IMG/VR virus record: IMGVR_UViG_3300046662_000041
Coordinates: 28,924-92,923 of that record
Direction: 5' to 3' (one strand)
DNA from: a virus
Lineage: Duplodnaviria > Caudoviricetes
Length of the DNA stretch: 64,000 nucleotides
Notes under the pieces: generated by a model
Told to the model about the DNA's origin: nothing
Databases searched by the model: none
What the model saw: the letters and a program-made list of their open reading frames with translations, nothing else
Translations under genes and position numbers: made by a program
Part shown: positions 9,155 through 18,934 of the stretch, piece after piece
How the letters are laid out: every line of letters starts with the position of its first letter
Position numbering within the stretch: position 1 is the stretch's first letter

Positions 9155-10238
9155 CCAACATAGGCATAATCAACTCTTGGTCCCCGGGCACCTTTGGATT
9201 GCTAAACTTCACCAGATGCTTTGCATCGATGAAGTCTATTGAGATGGGCCCGTCAATCTGACCGCTGGCATCCAGTACATATTTCGGATTGATCTTCAAT
9301 TTGATGGCCTCGCCTGTAACCGTGGCACCTTCCGGAGTATCTTCGGATTCTCCTGCAACGCTCGCACTTGAGAGTACGAAACCGCTGCTGTCAGCAGTCA
9401 TGTAGATCGCGGCATCATCACCCTCGCCGGCAACCACTTGTGTGATCGAGATTGATCGCTTGAAGTTATCCGTGGACACCGCAACATTGGTCTTAAAGGT
9501 GACGTTAAGCAGTGCACGCTCATAGGCAGGAAACTTGACAAGGCTCTTCCGGATCAGCAGTTTTTCTTTGCCGGTCGTCAGGAAAAGATTGGTTTCGGAT
9601 TCGGTGAATTCAACATCCACGTCATCACCGGTCATTTCCTTGATGAGTGGAAATGCGTCCTTAACCAACATAATCTTGAAGGTCGGCAATGCATATGGCA
9701 CGTCCGAGATCGCAATGCGGAAGCCATCGGTGGCAACGCCGCGGAGCTGAGTCCCGTTGCTCTCAAACTGGATGACCGGTTGTGCATACCGCCCCTCTTT
9801 CGAAGGGACAGCATGCTCGATCTTCCTAATCAACATTCGTAGCACGCTGAGCTTGATGTGGTACTTCCCTTCCGGTTTCGTCTCAGGAATCGGAAACTCT
9901 GCCACAGGAACCGTCGGCAGCTTCGCTTTGAACTTGCCGGATTTGAGATTCAGCACATTGCCATCTACGTCGATCGAAATGGTTTTGTCACTCGGCAAGA
10001 GGTCCAGAAATTCTTGAGTCCGCTTGGCGGGCAACAGGAAGGATCCAGTGCCCGTCGTAGTGACCACAACCGTCTGGATGATGCTCATCCCTAGATCGCT
10101 TGCTGTGATTGTGGCGATCGACCCATTGACATCAATCTTGGCATAGCTAAGGACTGGAATGGTGACCTTCGCCTGCACGACACCCAAGGCCTTCTTGAGC
10201 ACGCCAGACAATTCCTTCACAGATAATTCAATTTTCAT
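9120..10238 (-). CDS. dnaN: DNA polymerase III beta sliding clamp
   Basis: TIPVLS, ASDL, EFP, VATDGFRIA, FPAYE, NPKYVLD, LIMPM; ~370 aa; SD AGGAG upstream. Confidence 0.9.
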   Translation of the reverse strand: MKIELSVKELSGVLKKALGVVQAKVTIPVLSYAKIDVNGSIATITASDLGMSIIQTVVVTTTGTGSFLLPAKRTQEFLDLLPSDKTISIDVDGNVLNLKSGKFKAKLPTVPVAEFPIPETKPEGKYHIKLSVLRMLIRKIEHAVPSKEGRYAQPVIQFESNGTQLRGVATDGFRIAISDVPYALPTFKIMLVKDAFPLIKEMTGDDVDVEFTESETNLFLTTGKEKLLIRKSLVKFPAYERALLNVTFKTNVAVSTDNFKRSISITQVVAGEGDDAAIYMTADSSGFVLSSASVAGESEDTPEGATVTGEAIKLKINPKYVLDASGQIDGPISIDFIDAKHLVKFSNPKVPGDQELIMPMLDAAKAEEKKAA

Positions 10239-10297
10239 CTTTCTTCTCCTTGAGGATTCCGGACTATAGACTGAATCTGGGCCCAAAGTCAAGCTCT

Positions 10298-12301
10298 TTA
10301 ACCAAAATCTTCTGGCTCGCCTATGTCGTGATGCCGCTCTTCGTGCGACCCAGCTTCCTGCTCAGGCCGGTTGGTCTGCTCAACAAATAAGCTATTCTCT
10401 TCTTGTAGAAGCAGCCGGACCTGTGGTTTGCCAGGACCTTTGAAACGAGTCTTCTTTGCAAACAAGCCCGTCTCAAGCTCGAGGATATCGTCCGGATCCT
10501 GACCATCACGCTGTGGCCGCCGATTCCTGTGCAGAAGGTAGATAGCTGCTGGAATGTCTCGAATCTCGCGGCTGCCTCGAAGGACGCCGTGCTCATTCTT
10601 TTTCAGGTTATCGATCCCCTCGGCTTCGGCGTTGGATTGGCAGATCAGCACGAAGATCGTACCGTACTTGTTTCCGAGAGCCTCGAGCCTCTTGATCATG
10701 GAGCCTTCGGCTTGAACCTGATTCATCTTGCTACCATCTGCAAAGATCAATCTGTGAAAAGTGTCGATTGCAAACCGTGTGGCGCCAAGGGTCCGGATCG
10801 TATTCTCGAGGAAGTCCAAAATCTCCTGCTCTGACTGGCCTATCACGTTGTGCCCGACATAGAAGCGGAAATCAACACCGTTCTGCTTGGCATCAGCTTC
10901 AAGAATATCAGCCGCCTCAACGAAGTACTTCCGATCCATTCTGCCTGTGCGGCGGAGGCCACCCATCTTTGGTCCGACTGTCTGACTTGTAACGAGGGCC
11001 AGGTACTCGTCGTCACGGATTTCTGGTGAGAGATCAACGACAACCTCACCGCGGATCGCTTCGTTGGTTAGGATCTGCGTCTTAAACATCGACTTGCCCG
11101 TGCCAGAATAGGTCGAATAGATGATCACAACGCCGCCGCGGGGTGTGTACGTCATCCGATCGACATTTTGCAGTGTCGGCGGAAAGTGCAGCCGGACAGG
11201 ATCTGCGCCCATATCGGTCCCTTCGGTTGCACGTAATCTCTCATTCAATGGGACGAAGCCTTCGGGAGGCGCTTCCTTAGCTTTTTTCGACAATGCAGCA
11301 ACTTCAAACTGAAACTTGCCTAGATCACCACCGCAAGCATTCATAAAGAAGTCGTTTGCGTCTTTCGTACCTTCGGGCCATACAAGCCAATGTGTGTTAC
11401 CATCGAGCTCTTTGAGGAGCTTTCGCATATATTCATTCCCAACGCCGCCGTCATTATCTCCTGCCAGGAATATACGCTCCGCAAGTTTAAGCTTAATTCG
11501 AGATTGAGTGGTGATATCAACTCCCGCACTTGGGCAACTGACAGCCCTGAATCCGGCCTGTTCCAGGATGCAAGCATCGAACTCACCTTCAGTGACGTAC
11601 ACAGGCTCGAGAGGGTTGATAGTATCCACATTGAACAGAGCTCTGGAGTCCATGTTGTTGACCTGGCTGAAAACTTTATCCACGATTGAGCGAAACTTGA
11701 TTGCAATGATGCGGTCATCGTCAATTCGTGGGATAGCAATCCATCCTTTCGAACGGACTGCATCACAACCGTCCTTAATCCTGTAAATATGGGTTTGGAC
11801 GTAACCGAGCTTCCGATTTCGGATCTCATCGTCTTGAATGCCTCGCACTTTTCTGAGCCAGTCAAGTGCTGCTTGATTGGCCCATAATGATTTGATTGCT
11901 CTGCTTTCCCATTGCTCAAGTGTGTAGACTGTCTTGGGTTTTTTCGACTCGATCGCACTGAAGTTTTCCTGGACCTGATGGGCACCTTCAATCCACTTCG
12001 TATTCTCTGAGAAGTCACCGTCAGTGCCATCGACAATCTGCTTCAACTTTTGGATTGCCAGAGCCGAGTCACAATGATCAAACAGCTCTATGAATGTGAT
12101 GACGTCTCCACCTTTGCCACAGCCGAAGCACTTCCACAACCAGGTACCTTGCTTTGTATCGAGATGGAAGCTTGGCGTCTTATCCTCGTGAAAAGGGCAC
12201 CGTGCAATGAAGCCTGCACCTTCCTGTTTCAAAGGCCAGCGGCCACCAATGATAGCTGGCACATTTGCACGCTTCTTTATTGCGTCAAGATCCTTGGGCA
12301 T
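10298..12301 (-). CDS. Primase-helicase fusion (CHC2 zinc finger + TOPRIM + SF4-type helicase)
   Basis: CPFHEDKTPSF..WKCFGCGKGGD; TEGEFD; GDND; KDAND; SGTGKS; LRGSREI. Confidence 0.9.
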   Translation of the reverse strand: MPKDLDAIKKRANVPAIIGGRWPLKQEGAGFIARCPFHEDKTPSFHLDTKQGTWLWKCFGCGKGGDVITFIELFDHCDSALAIQKLKQIVDGTDGDFSENTKWIEGAHQVQENFSAIESKKPKTVYTLEQWESRAIKSLWANQAALDWLRKVRGIQDDEIRNRKLGYVQTHIYRIKDGCDAVRSKGWIAIPRIDDDRIIAIKFRSIVDKVFSQVNNMDSRALFNVDTINPLEPVYVTEGEFDACILEQAGFRAVSCPSAGVDITTQSRIKLKLAERIFLAGDNDGGVGNEYMRKLLKELDGNTHWLVWPEGTKDANDFFMNACGGDLGKFQFEVAALSKKAKEAPPEGFVPLNERLRATEGTDMGADPVRLHFPPTLQNVDRMTYTPRGGVVIIYSTYSGTGKSMFKTQILTNEAIRGEVVVDLSPEIRDDEYLALVTSQTVGPKMGGLRRTGRMDRKYFVEAADILEADAKQNGVDFRFYVGHNVIGQSEQEILDFLENTIRTLGATRFAIDTFHRLIFADGSKMNQVQAEGSMIKRLEALGNKYGTIFVLICQSNAEAEGIDNLKKNEHGVLRGSREIRDIPAAIYLLHRNRRPQRDGQDPDDILELETGLFAKKTRFKGPGKPQVRLLLQEENSLFVEQTNRPEQEAGSHEERHHDIGEPEDFG

Positions 12302-13307
12302 TTGTTTCCTCAGGGAAGGACGTGGTTAAGAAATCTTCGCCGCTGGGCTCGACGTCGCTTATGCTGACCGTGCCATCTTCGCGCTTGACGGATGGATGCT
12401 GCTTGTAATATGCGTCGAGCGCTGTTGCATTAGTTGCGTCGATGATTTCAGTGGTCAGCTTCTGGCGAGCAGTGTTGAGTGGAATTACCTTGCCCATGTA
12501 TTCTTCTGCCACTTTGACAAATTCAGGGAGTGGCCACGGCGTATCGATAAATTGACCGCAGTCTTGAATCCAAAGCTCGAAAGCAGGTACCATCAGGTCA
12601 GCAGAGTGATTGTCGCAAAGTCGCTCCCACTCCTCGGGATATTTGCTTGGATAGCGGCAGACGGCGGCAGGGCCCTTAACTTTGATCCATGCTCTTTCAA
12701 AATGCTTGTGAATTGCCTTCGCACTCGTGCCAGGATACTGATGTCGCTTGAAGAATCCTGGCTGACCTGATTTTAGATTGCTGGCTGTGTCAATTGGTTG
12801 ATGTTGTACTTCGTCGAGCACGCTACCGACAGAAGAAACCGCAGTCCTAATCCCTCCCTTATCCTTATCCAAATCCAAACCAATACCCTGTGCGAAGTTT
12901 TCGCTAGTTTGGGGCTCGTTACTAGCTAGTCCATCAGCTTCTGGAAATAAGAAACGCTTTCCTCTTGCAAACTTATACCACTCGCCGCGAGGAGGAAGGC
13001 ACTCATCACCGTTCGTCCAGTAACCCCATCGCTTACCTTCCTTATCAGTTCGTGTTAACAAAAGTCCACAGCGGGTAAACTCAGCAAGCATTGCCGCAAC
13101 TCTTTCGACCGTCCATCCTCCCCGTCCGTTGATTTGTCGTGCTGGGGCATAACATGCCGCCCAAACTTTCTGAGGGTCACACTCAAACGTGCCATCACAG
13201 AGTGCCAGCGCGTGAATCCAAGCATACTCTCCCCTAAAGGCATCAGGCTCGACCTTACGGAGCTTGTCTGACGTCCAGGCTTTATCACTAAAGAGACGCT
13301 TTGGCAT
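12285..13307 (-). CDS. Putative replication initiator / replisome organiser
   Basis: N-terminal wHTH-like MPKRL..WTSDKL..L.L.DGTFE; position next to the primase. Confidence 0.5.
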   Translation of the reverse strand: MPKRLFSDKAWTSDKLRKVEPDAFRGEYAWIHALALCDGTFECDPQKVWAACYAPARQINGRGGWTVERVAAMLAEFTRCGLLLTRTDKEGKRWGYWTNGDECLPPRGEWYKFARGKRFLFPEADGLASNEPQTSENFAQGIGLDLDKDKGGIRTAVSSVGSVLDEVQHQPIDTASNLKSGQPGFFKRHQYPGTSAKAIHKHFERAWIKVKGPAAVCRYPSKYPEEWERLCDNHSADLMVPAFELWIQDCGQFIDTPWPLPEFVKVAEEYMGKVIPLNTARQKLTTEIIDATNATALDAYYKQHPSVKREDGTVSISDVEPSGEDFLTTSFPEETNAQGS

Positions 13308-14491
13308 TATTCCTCAATTGACTGGTCAAGCCACTCCTCACCTAATCTTGTGAGGAATTTGTCGCGGCCTTCAGGATCGCGGCCGCAGATATATCGCATA
13401 TCACAGTGCGGACACTTCTCGTCAGGGAAGCGCACTCCTGGCTCCATCGGATAAAACTGCTCTTCATGCGAAACGACCATCTCAACCGTCGTCAGACCCA
13501 CAAGTCGGCCCATCTCCTCGATCGTTTCCTCTGGTAGTCTGGCGGCACCAAACTGGAGACGTTGCTTGGAGAGCATACGAGACGGGACAAGCATCGCCTT
13601 GCCTTCATTCAGAAATTTCTTAGATGCCACATCTGCAATTTTTCCCTTTAACGCATATCCGTCAGCCCCATTCGTTGCCTCATCATAAGCCCGCTGGACG
13701 TCACCAGTAGAAATCCATACTGAGTCACCATCCTTGTCCAGGACGAAAAGCTCTTGGCCAGCTTGGTACCTGCCAGCCGCCTCAAGCAAGGTTATGCGAC
13801 TCCCACACTTCATACCGTGACTCTTCTTTACAAGCCAGAGGAAGGCAACGTCATACTCCTGTTTCATCCACGCGTATTCGATTAACTGCGGATCCAATGC
13901 GACAAACATTTCCACAAGATCCTTGCTGGCCGTCTTGATATCGATCAAGACCGTGCGCTTGTCCGGCGGATAGGTTTCCAGGGCCGGCAGCATCGAGTGA
14001 TGTGGATACGTTTGGCAGATTACGTCAAGGATTGCTGTGTTGACGATTCCTGCGTAAGACGTGCCAGGAAATACCTCTTTCCATAAGGGCACCTGAAATC
14101 GTGCATTCTGCATCGGCAACTTAGGGTAGCGAAGCTCAAAGATCCGCATCAGCTCTACGCCACATCTCAGCAGATTCTCCCAACTCTCTTCAACGTTGGA
14201 ATACTCGAGCTTCGGAAATTCCGGCAGGGCCTGGATGTCATGCCACAGCTCAGCAAACCGCATTACACCGCCGAAACCTCCGCTTTCAACGTGAAAGCGA
14301 ATCGCGTCTTCAATCTTGTGGCCAAAATAAGTCGCTGCAGCTAATCGCTTGGCCCGATAGCCCAGCACATACTGAAGCTGAAACTGCCGCTTGCAAAACT
14401 TAAACGATTTTCGAGCGCTGTAAGAGCCCGAGGCCTTGAAGGTACCGTCAGGTTTGACGTATAGTATGCTGTGGGCGTTGGGCATTTGCAA
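13307..14491 (-). CDS. PD-(D/E)XK exonuclease (RecB/Cas4-like)
   Basis: SYSA..F..C, ILDVI, IDIKT, QLIEYA, C-terminal CPHCDMRYIC. Confidence 0.8.
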   Translation of the reverse strand: MQMPNAHSILYVKPDGTFKASGSYSARKSFKFCKRQFQLQYVLGYRAKRLAAATYFGHKIEDAIRFHVESGGFGGVMRFAELWHDIQALPEFPKLEYSNVEESWENLLRCGVELMRIFELRYPKLPMQNARFQVPLWKEVFPGTSYAGIVNTAILDVICQTYPHHSMLPALETYPPDKRTVLIDIKTASKDLVEMFVALDPQLIEYAWMKQEYDVAFLWLVKKSHGMKCGSRITLLEAAGRYQAGQELFVLDKDGDSVWISTGDVQRAYDEATNGADGYALKGKIADVASKKFLNEGKAMLVPSRMLSKQRLQFGAARLPEETIEEMGRLVGLTTVEMVVSHEEQFYPMEPGVRFPDEKCPHCDMRYICGRDPEGRDKFLTRLGEEWLDQSIEE

Positions 14492-16298
14492 TCATCACAT
14501 GTAGAAAATCAGGCTCACTCAGGTCCGCTGCAAGAATATGGCCGCGAATGTATGGCGATGGCACTGTATTGCAAGAGATGTGCAGCTCTTTGGCAGCTCG
14601 ACTAATTGCAACAAAGTAGATCCTTGCTTCTTCGTCAGGATCACCATTGATATGTGGCAGCACCTCGTCGTTAACACCTACCACATAAACACTATTCCAC
14701 TCTTTGCCTTTGCTTTGGTGAATCGTCGAAAGGGTCAATCGATCCTTAGAAGTCGATCTGGTCGCGGCCTTAGCCTTGAGGCAGGAGTAAACAAAATCGA
14801 AGAGGCTAGACTTATTCTCAGCCATCCGCAGTAGCGTCCGCACGTTGTCAGCCGGATTGTTATCAATGGCGTCTTCATCATCTTCGTAATGGTGCAGTAT
14901 GGAGAAATTAGTGATGATGTTTCGGAGTGCATCTTGTGCGGCCTTCCCGCGGATTGACTTTGCAGTGTCCTGCAGACGGAAGTGGAGGTCAAGCACTTTA
15001 CTGGTCTGCTCGTGATCGGATACCCGAAACTTACCAAGCAACTGTGCGAAGGTCGTTTTACCAATGCTCCCGCGTTGCATGTCAGCGAGTGCGTCGAGTG
15101 TCTCACCCTTCTTGATAAACCGCGTGCAGTCGAAAGGGCTCTTGATAATCGTTTTGATGACGTGGTCGGTGGGATTGATGAAGTACTGTGCGAAAGCGAG
15201 CGTGCAATTCACTTCCTCTTGGTGGAAGAAGCCCGACTTGCCAAGCAGTCTGTATTTGATATCTTTCTCACCACATAGACGCTCAAATGCAGCAAGCTGA
15301 CGGTTGGTCCTGGCCAGGATGGCCGTCTGCTCATGCGAGCCCATTCCTTCGATGATCTTTTGGGCTTCGAGGTCGTCATCAGCATAACGCACGAAGGTTG
15401 GCTCAACACCATAAGGATTCCGCGTCCGCATCTCTGTCTTCACGGGCGCAACTGACATCATGTACTTCACGATCGCGCCCGTTGACCGATAATTCTCAGG
15501 CAGGTAAAGCAGTCGGCCGTTTGGAAATCGTTCGATGAATCTTGTCGTGAGCCCCTCCGGATCTGAGCCACGCCAAGAGTACATATTCTGATTTGGGTCA
15601 CCGACGCAGAAGACATTACCGTGACGCTGCGTCAAAAGCTGGACAAGGCGCCATTGTACTTCATCATTGTCCTGGGCCTCATCGCACTGGACATAATCCA
15701 TCTGATGTCGCTCAAGGATATCGCTGCGGCTCTCTAGCAACCGCACGGTCTCAATCAGGATCGAATCGAAGTCCAGCTTGCCGATCTGCTTGCACTTCTC
15801 TTCATAACGCTCATAGATTTGTGCATAGGCTTCGCCAAACTCACCGTCAGCTTGGTCCCAGGCTTTTTCAGGTGACATGTTGTGCCGTTTGAAGCCACTG
15901 ATCGCTGCCTGTACATCTCGATACTTCAAACGCTTGGAAGCTTGCTTGATGAGCGGGACAAGGATTTTGAATTGCTCGAGAAGTAAGGGCCAGTGACTTA
16001 CCTCAAACGAGAATTCTTCCCGCTCGCGAGTCACAAAATCCAATGCCCAGCCATGGAATGTCCGGAAGATCCGCGGCTTGTTAGGTCCGGGAACGTACTT
16101 TGATCGCGCTTCAAACTCCTTAGCTGCTTCCTTCGTGAAAGTCAGGCCCAGAAAGCTCGAAGGCACAGTGCCTTCATTAAGGATTGCTCTAGCGCGGAAT
16201 GAAAAGACTGTGGTCTTTCCGCTTCCAGGAATGGCCGTAACGTTGTAAGCACCGTGCCGGGTCGCGATCGCAGCCCGTTGCTCCGCATTTAGATCCAA
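14448..16298 (-). CDS. UvrD/Rep/PcrA family helicase
   Basis: LNAEQ, PGSGKT, TFH, DEAQD, VGDPNQ, ENYRS, LARTN, STIHQSKGKEW, VAISRA. Confidence 0.95.
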   Translation of the reverse strand: MDLNAEQRAAIATRHGAYNVTAIPGSGKTTVFSFRARAILNEGTVPSSFLGLTFTKEAAKEFEARSKYVPGPNKPRIFRTFHGWALDFVTREREEFSFEVSHWPLLLEQFKILVPLIKQASKRLKYRDVQAAISGFKRHNMSPEKAWDQADGEFGEAYAQIYERYEEKCKQIGKLDFDSILIETVRLLESRSDILERHQMDYVQCDEAQDNDEVQWRLVQLLTQRHGNVFCVGDPNQNMYSWRGSDPEGLTTRFIERFPNGRLLYLPENYRSTGAIVKYMMSVAPVKTEMRTRNPYGVEPTFVRYADDDLEAQKIIEGMGSHEQTAILARTNRQLAAFERLCGEKDIKYRLLGKSGFFHQEEVNCTLAFAQYFINPTDHVIKTIIKSPFDCTRFIKKGETLDALADMQRGSIGKTTFAQLLGKFRVSDHEQTSKVLDLHFRLQDTAKSIRGKAAQDALRNIITNFSILHHYEDDEDAIDNNPADNVRTLLRMAENKSSLFDFVYSCLKAKAATRSTSKDRLTLSTIHQSKGKEWNSVYVVGVNDEVLPHINGDPDEEARIYFVAISRAAKELHISCNTVPSPYIRGHILAADLSEPDFLHVMIANAQRPQHTIRQT

Positions 16299-16479
16299 CT
16301 ATTCCTCTAGTTTCTTCCGCGGCAGATTAAGCGGTTGAGCGTAGACATGCATCACTGGAGATTGTACAGGACCACAAGAGCTGAATTCTGGGGCGTGGCA
16401 CAAATCTGACAGTCGCTCGGCTTCGATTCGTGAACGCGCCGACAAAGCGACAAAAGGCGGCACTCCACGCCCTAGAAAT

Positions 16480-16908
16480 TTAGAAAGGAATATCTTCGTC
16501 GCTAATCTCAGTACCCGTTGGGCCACTGTCATTTTTTGTCCCTTCATATGCTTCAGCAGGTGGAGCTTCGGGCTTGGCACCACGCTCGCCACCGCCTAGC
16601 ATTTTGAGCTCACGGGCCACAATTTCTGTGGAATAATGGGTCACGCCTTCTTTCTCCCACTTCCGCGTCTCAATCTTGCCCTCGATGAAGACTAACATGC
16701 CTTTCGTGACATACTGCTGAACAATTTCGGCCAATTTTCCCCAAGCGACAATACGGTGCCACTCTGTCTTTTTCTGCTTATCACCGTTGCGATCCTTGTA
16801 GGATTCATCGGTAGCCACGGAGAAGTTGCAAACGGCTGTGCCGCTTTGTGTGTAACGCGTCTCGGGATCTTTTCCCAATCTTCCAACTATTATGGCCTTG
16901 TTCACCAT
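16480..16908 (-). CDS. ssb: Single-stranded DNA-binding protein
   Basis: VNKAIIVGRLGKDPE, TEWHRIV, acidic tail DEDIPF. Confidence 0.95.
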   Translation of the reverse strand: MVNKAIIVGRLGKDPETRYTQSGTAVCNFSVATDESYKDRNGDKQKKTEWHRIVAWGKLAEIVQQYVTKGMLVFIEGKIETRKWEKEGVTHYSTEIVARELKMLGGGERGAKPEAPPAEAYEGTKNDSGPTGTEISDEDIPF

Positions 16909-17288
16909 ATTTGACTCTCCTTGAATGTTTGAATACGATGGCAATTTGAGCAAAGAATCTTACACTTTTTCGCTTCGGCTTGGATCGCCGCAAGCGTCAT
17001 GTATTTGGCGATCATGTGGGCGATCGTGAATCTTTTCAGGTGTCGCTTGACATGATGAAAATCTAAAGCAGCGTGGTGCTTCTTGAAACCACATTTATAG
17101 CAGCCCTTTCTTAACTTATAGCCGCGAGCCCACTTTCGAAGAGCAAGTAAATGTCGCTTCCGCCACCGCAAATTTCGTTTTCTTCGAAGGTTGGTACTCT
17201 TCGGCCTAGCCTCATATTTCTTGCGCCAGCGGCGTCGGGCAGGGCGCTGCTCATATTCACGCTGCCAAACTTGTTTATTGAAACTCAC
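16902..17288 (-). CDS. HNH endonuclease
   Basis: CYKCG...ALDFHH...KCKILCSNCHR. Confidence 0.8.
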   Translation of the reverse strand: MSFNKQVWQREYEQRPARRRWRKKYEARPKSTNLRRKRNLRWRKRHLLALRKWARGYKLRKGCYKCGFKKHHAALDFHHVKRHLKRFTIAHMIAKYMTLAAIQAEAKKCKILCSNCHRIQTFKESQIW

Positions 17289-18550
17289 TTGCCTTTCAGG
17301 ATCGCGAGCGTTTCAGCAGGCTTGCCGGCTTCGAGTTTGGACAGGACAGCTTCCCAATTTTCGACCGTGCCATATTGAATGTCACTGACGCCGAGGGCCT
17401 TCCTTAGATAAGGTAGGACCAATTCGGAGCCATTTTTGCAACCAGCCTTCGGCAACACATCACGCACAAGCTTCGTGCACCGTGCCGTGAAGATTTTGAA
17501 TTTGATAGGATCACATTTCTGCATAGGACGGCAGTGGCGAGTCTCGGAGCTATCCGGAATCTTTGGAATGCCACCGGTCGTGGATGGGGCAGACTCTGTT
17601 TTCGGGGCGCTCTTCGTGATTGAAGGCTGCGTTACAAAGACATCTTTTGGGAATAACGTTGTCTCCATCTCTTTCGGTGGAGGCGTTGTGCTTTCAAATG
17701 GTGAAGGTTGAAACATCATCGCTGGCAAATCTTCATCAGTGCCAACATAAGCGGTTGGTGGCTCTTCTGTTGCCGCCGGAATTGGCGCAGGCTCTTCATC
17801 GAAGATCGAAGGTGGGCCGGCCGCAGGGGCCGGCTTATCTTTTTTGATATGCTCGGCCTGTGAATCAGTTTGCTTGTTGACCTCAGCAGAGAATGTAGCC
17901 AGAGCTCTTTCCGTTAATGCTTCAGATGGTGCTGGTATACCTGGTGGTGATAATATAGGCATTTTGAATTCGGTTTCTTCTGCTGAGGCATGATTCACTC
18001 GGGGCACCTCGACTTTCACGGGCTCAGCAGCCTTAATCGTCGACACCTCCGTCTCCTCATCCAGCAGACCGATCCCGGCCAAAGCAATCGTCAAACGGCG
18101 ATGAGCCATCGTCTCTGCAGCCAGGAAAGCGTTTGCTTTGGCTTGGCCATACAAGCCGGTCAAATCGCGCGCGCCACTGGCAACTTCTGTGCGCGTGAAG
18201 GGCAGGGTATTTAGAAAGGCTCCAGAATTACTGACCGATCCTGTCACCGTGACAACAACCACATTGTCGATGACTTGTACATGCGCAGCAGAAATGCTGA
18301 TGACGCGATTGTGTCGTAGTTGCTGGGCGCCTGGCTTTCTGATAGCAAGATGGACCTTGCCTTGCTCGTCCGTGAAAAAGCCAATCGGGGAGGTCAAAGG
18401 ATTGAGGCCAAAAGAAGTGCAGACTTCGTTGTATAACGTCGTGCGTGCTGCTTCGTCTAGACTACTGAGATCACCGCCAGCCAACGCACGATCAATTAAC
18501 ATTTCGGGCATTAGGACTCCAAAAGGTAGGGCCGTTAGATACCGGCCCAT
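17285..18550 (-). CDS. Putative single-strand annealing (RecT/Bet/Rad52-like) protein with Pro-rich linker
   Basis: GDLSSL..R..LY.EVC...GLNPLTSP; AETMAHRRLTIALAGIGLLDE; adjacent to SSB and exonuclease. Confidence 0.55.
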   Translation of the reverse strand: MGRYLTALPFGVLMPEMLIDRALAGGDLSSLDEAARTTLYNEVCTSFGLNPLTSPIGFFTDEQGKVHLAIRKPGAQQLRHNRVISISAAHVQVIDNVVVVTVTGSVSNSGAFLNTLPFTRTEVASGARDLTGLYGQAKANAFLAAETMAHRRLTIALAGIGLLDEETEVSTIKAAEPVKVEVPRVNHASAEETEFKMPILSPPGIPAPSEALTERALATFSAEVNKQTDSQAEHIKKDKPAPAAGPPSIFDEEPAPIPAATEEPPTAYVGTDEDLPAMMFQPSPFESTTPPPKEMETTLFPKDVFVTQPSITKSAPKTESAPSTTGGIPKIPDSSETRHCRPMQKCDPIKFKIFTARCTKLVRDVLPKAGCKNGSELVLPYLRKALGVSDIQYGTVENWEAVLSKLEAGKPAETLAILKGK

Positions 18551-18575
18551 TGTGTATTATGTAGCAAGTTTTGGG

Positions 18576-18604
18576 ATGATCTACCTGCCTTAATAAGAAG
18601 TCAA
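18576..18604 (-). promoter_or_regulatory. Putative promoter of the recombination/replication operon
   Basis: TTGACT-N17-GATCAT on the minus strand. Confidence 0.45.
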
Positions 18605-18618
18605 GCGATTTTCTAACC

Positions 18619-18663
18619 AGTACTAAAGTACTATTGCCACAATCATCAGCTCGCATATATGCT
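18619..18663 (+). promoter_or_regulatory. Early-type promoter with tandem AGTACT operator
   Basis: AGTACTAAAGTACTATTGCCAC (identical 22-mer at 62109-62130); TTGCCA-N18-TATGCT. Confidence 0.65.
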
Positions 18664-18688
18664 CCTGTAAGATGAAAGAGGAAACAAA

Positions 18689-18886
18689 ATGATGGGAGCT
18701 TCATATAAAACCAAGAAAGAGCTTAAGCTGGCGATTGGGCAGCAGTTGCGCTATGAGGAAACTTCATTCTTTGGTCTGGAATACAAAGATAATGGTCAAT
18801 TCTCTGTAGTAGGGCCATCGCCAACGGAACGTAAGTGGTATGCCCGCGTCACGATAAAAGATGGTAAGATAGTGAAGGTGGAATAG
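18689..18886 (+). CDS. Small hypothetical phage protein
   Basis: SD GAGG; YKTKKELK..G..L.YEETSFFG.EY..G...VVGP..RKWYA. Confidence 0.7.
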   Translation: MMGASYKTKKELKLAIGQQLRYEETSFFGLEYKDNGQFSVVGPSPTERKWYARVTIKDGKIVKVE

Positions 18887-18934
18887 TCAATAAAGTGCTT
18901 GACAAACGAATCAGCACCAGAGAGGATGCAAAGT

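Noticed and set aside
13307-14491. CRISPR-Cas system (Cas4-like nuclease)
   Set aside because: No repeat-spacer array or other cas genes; the context is phage recombination.
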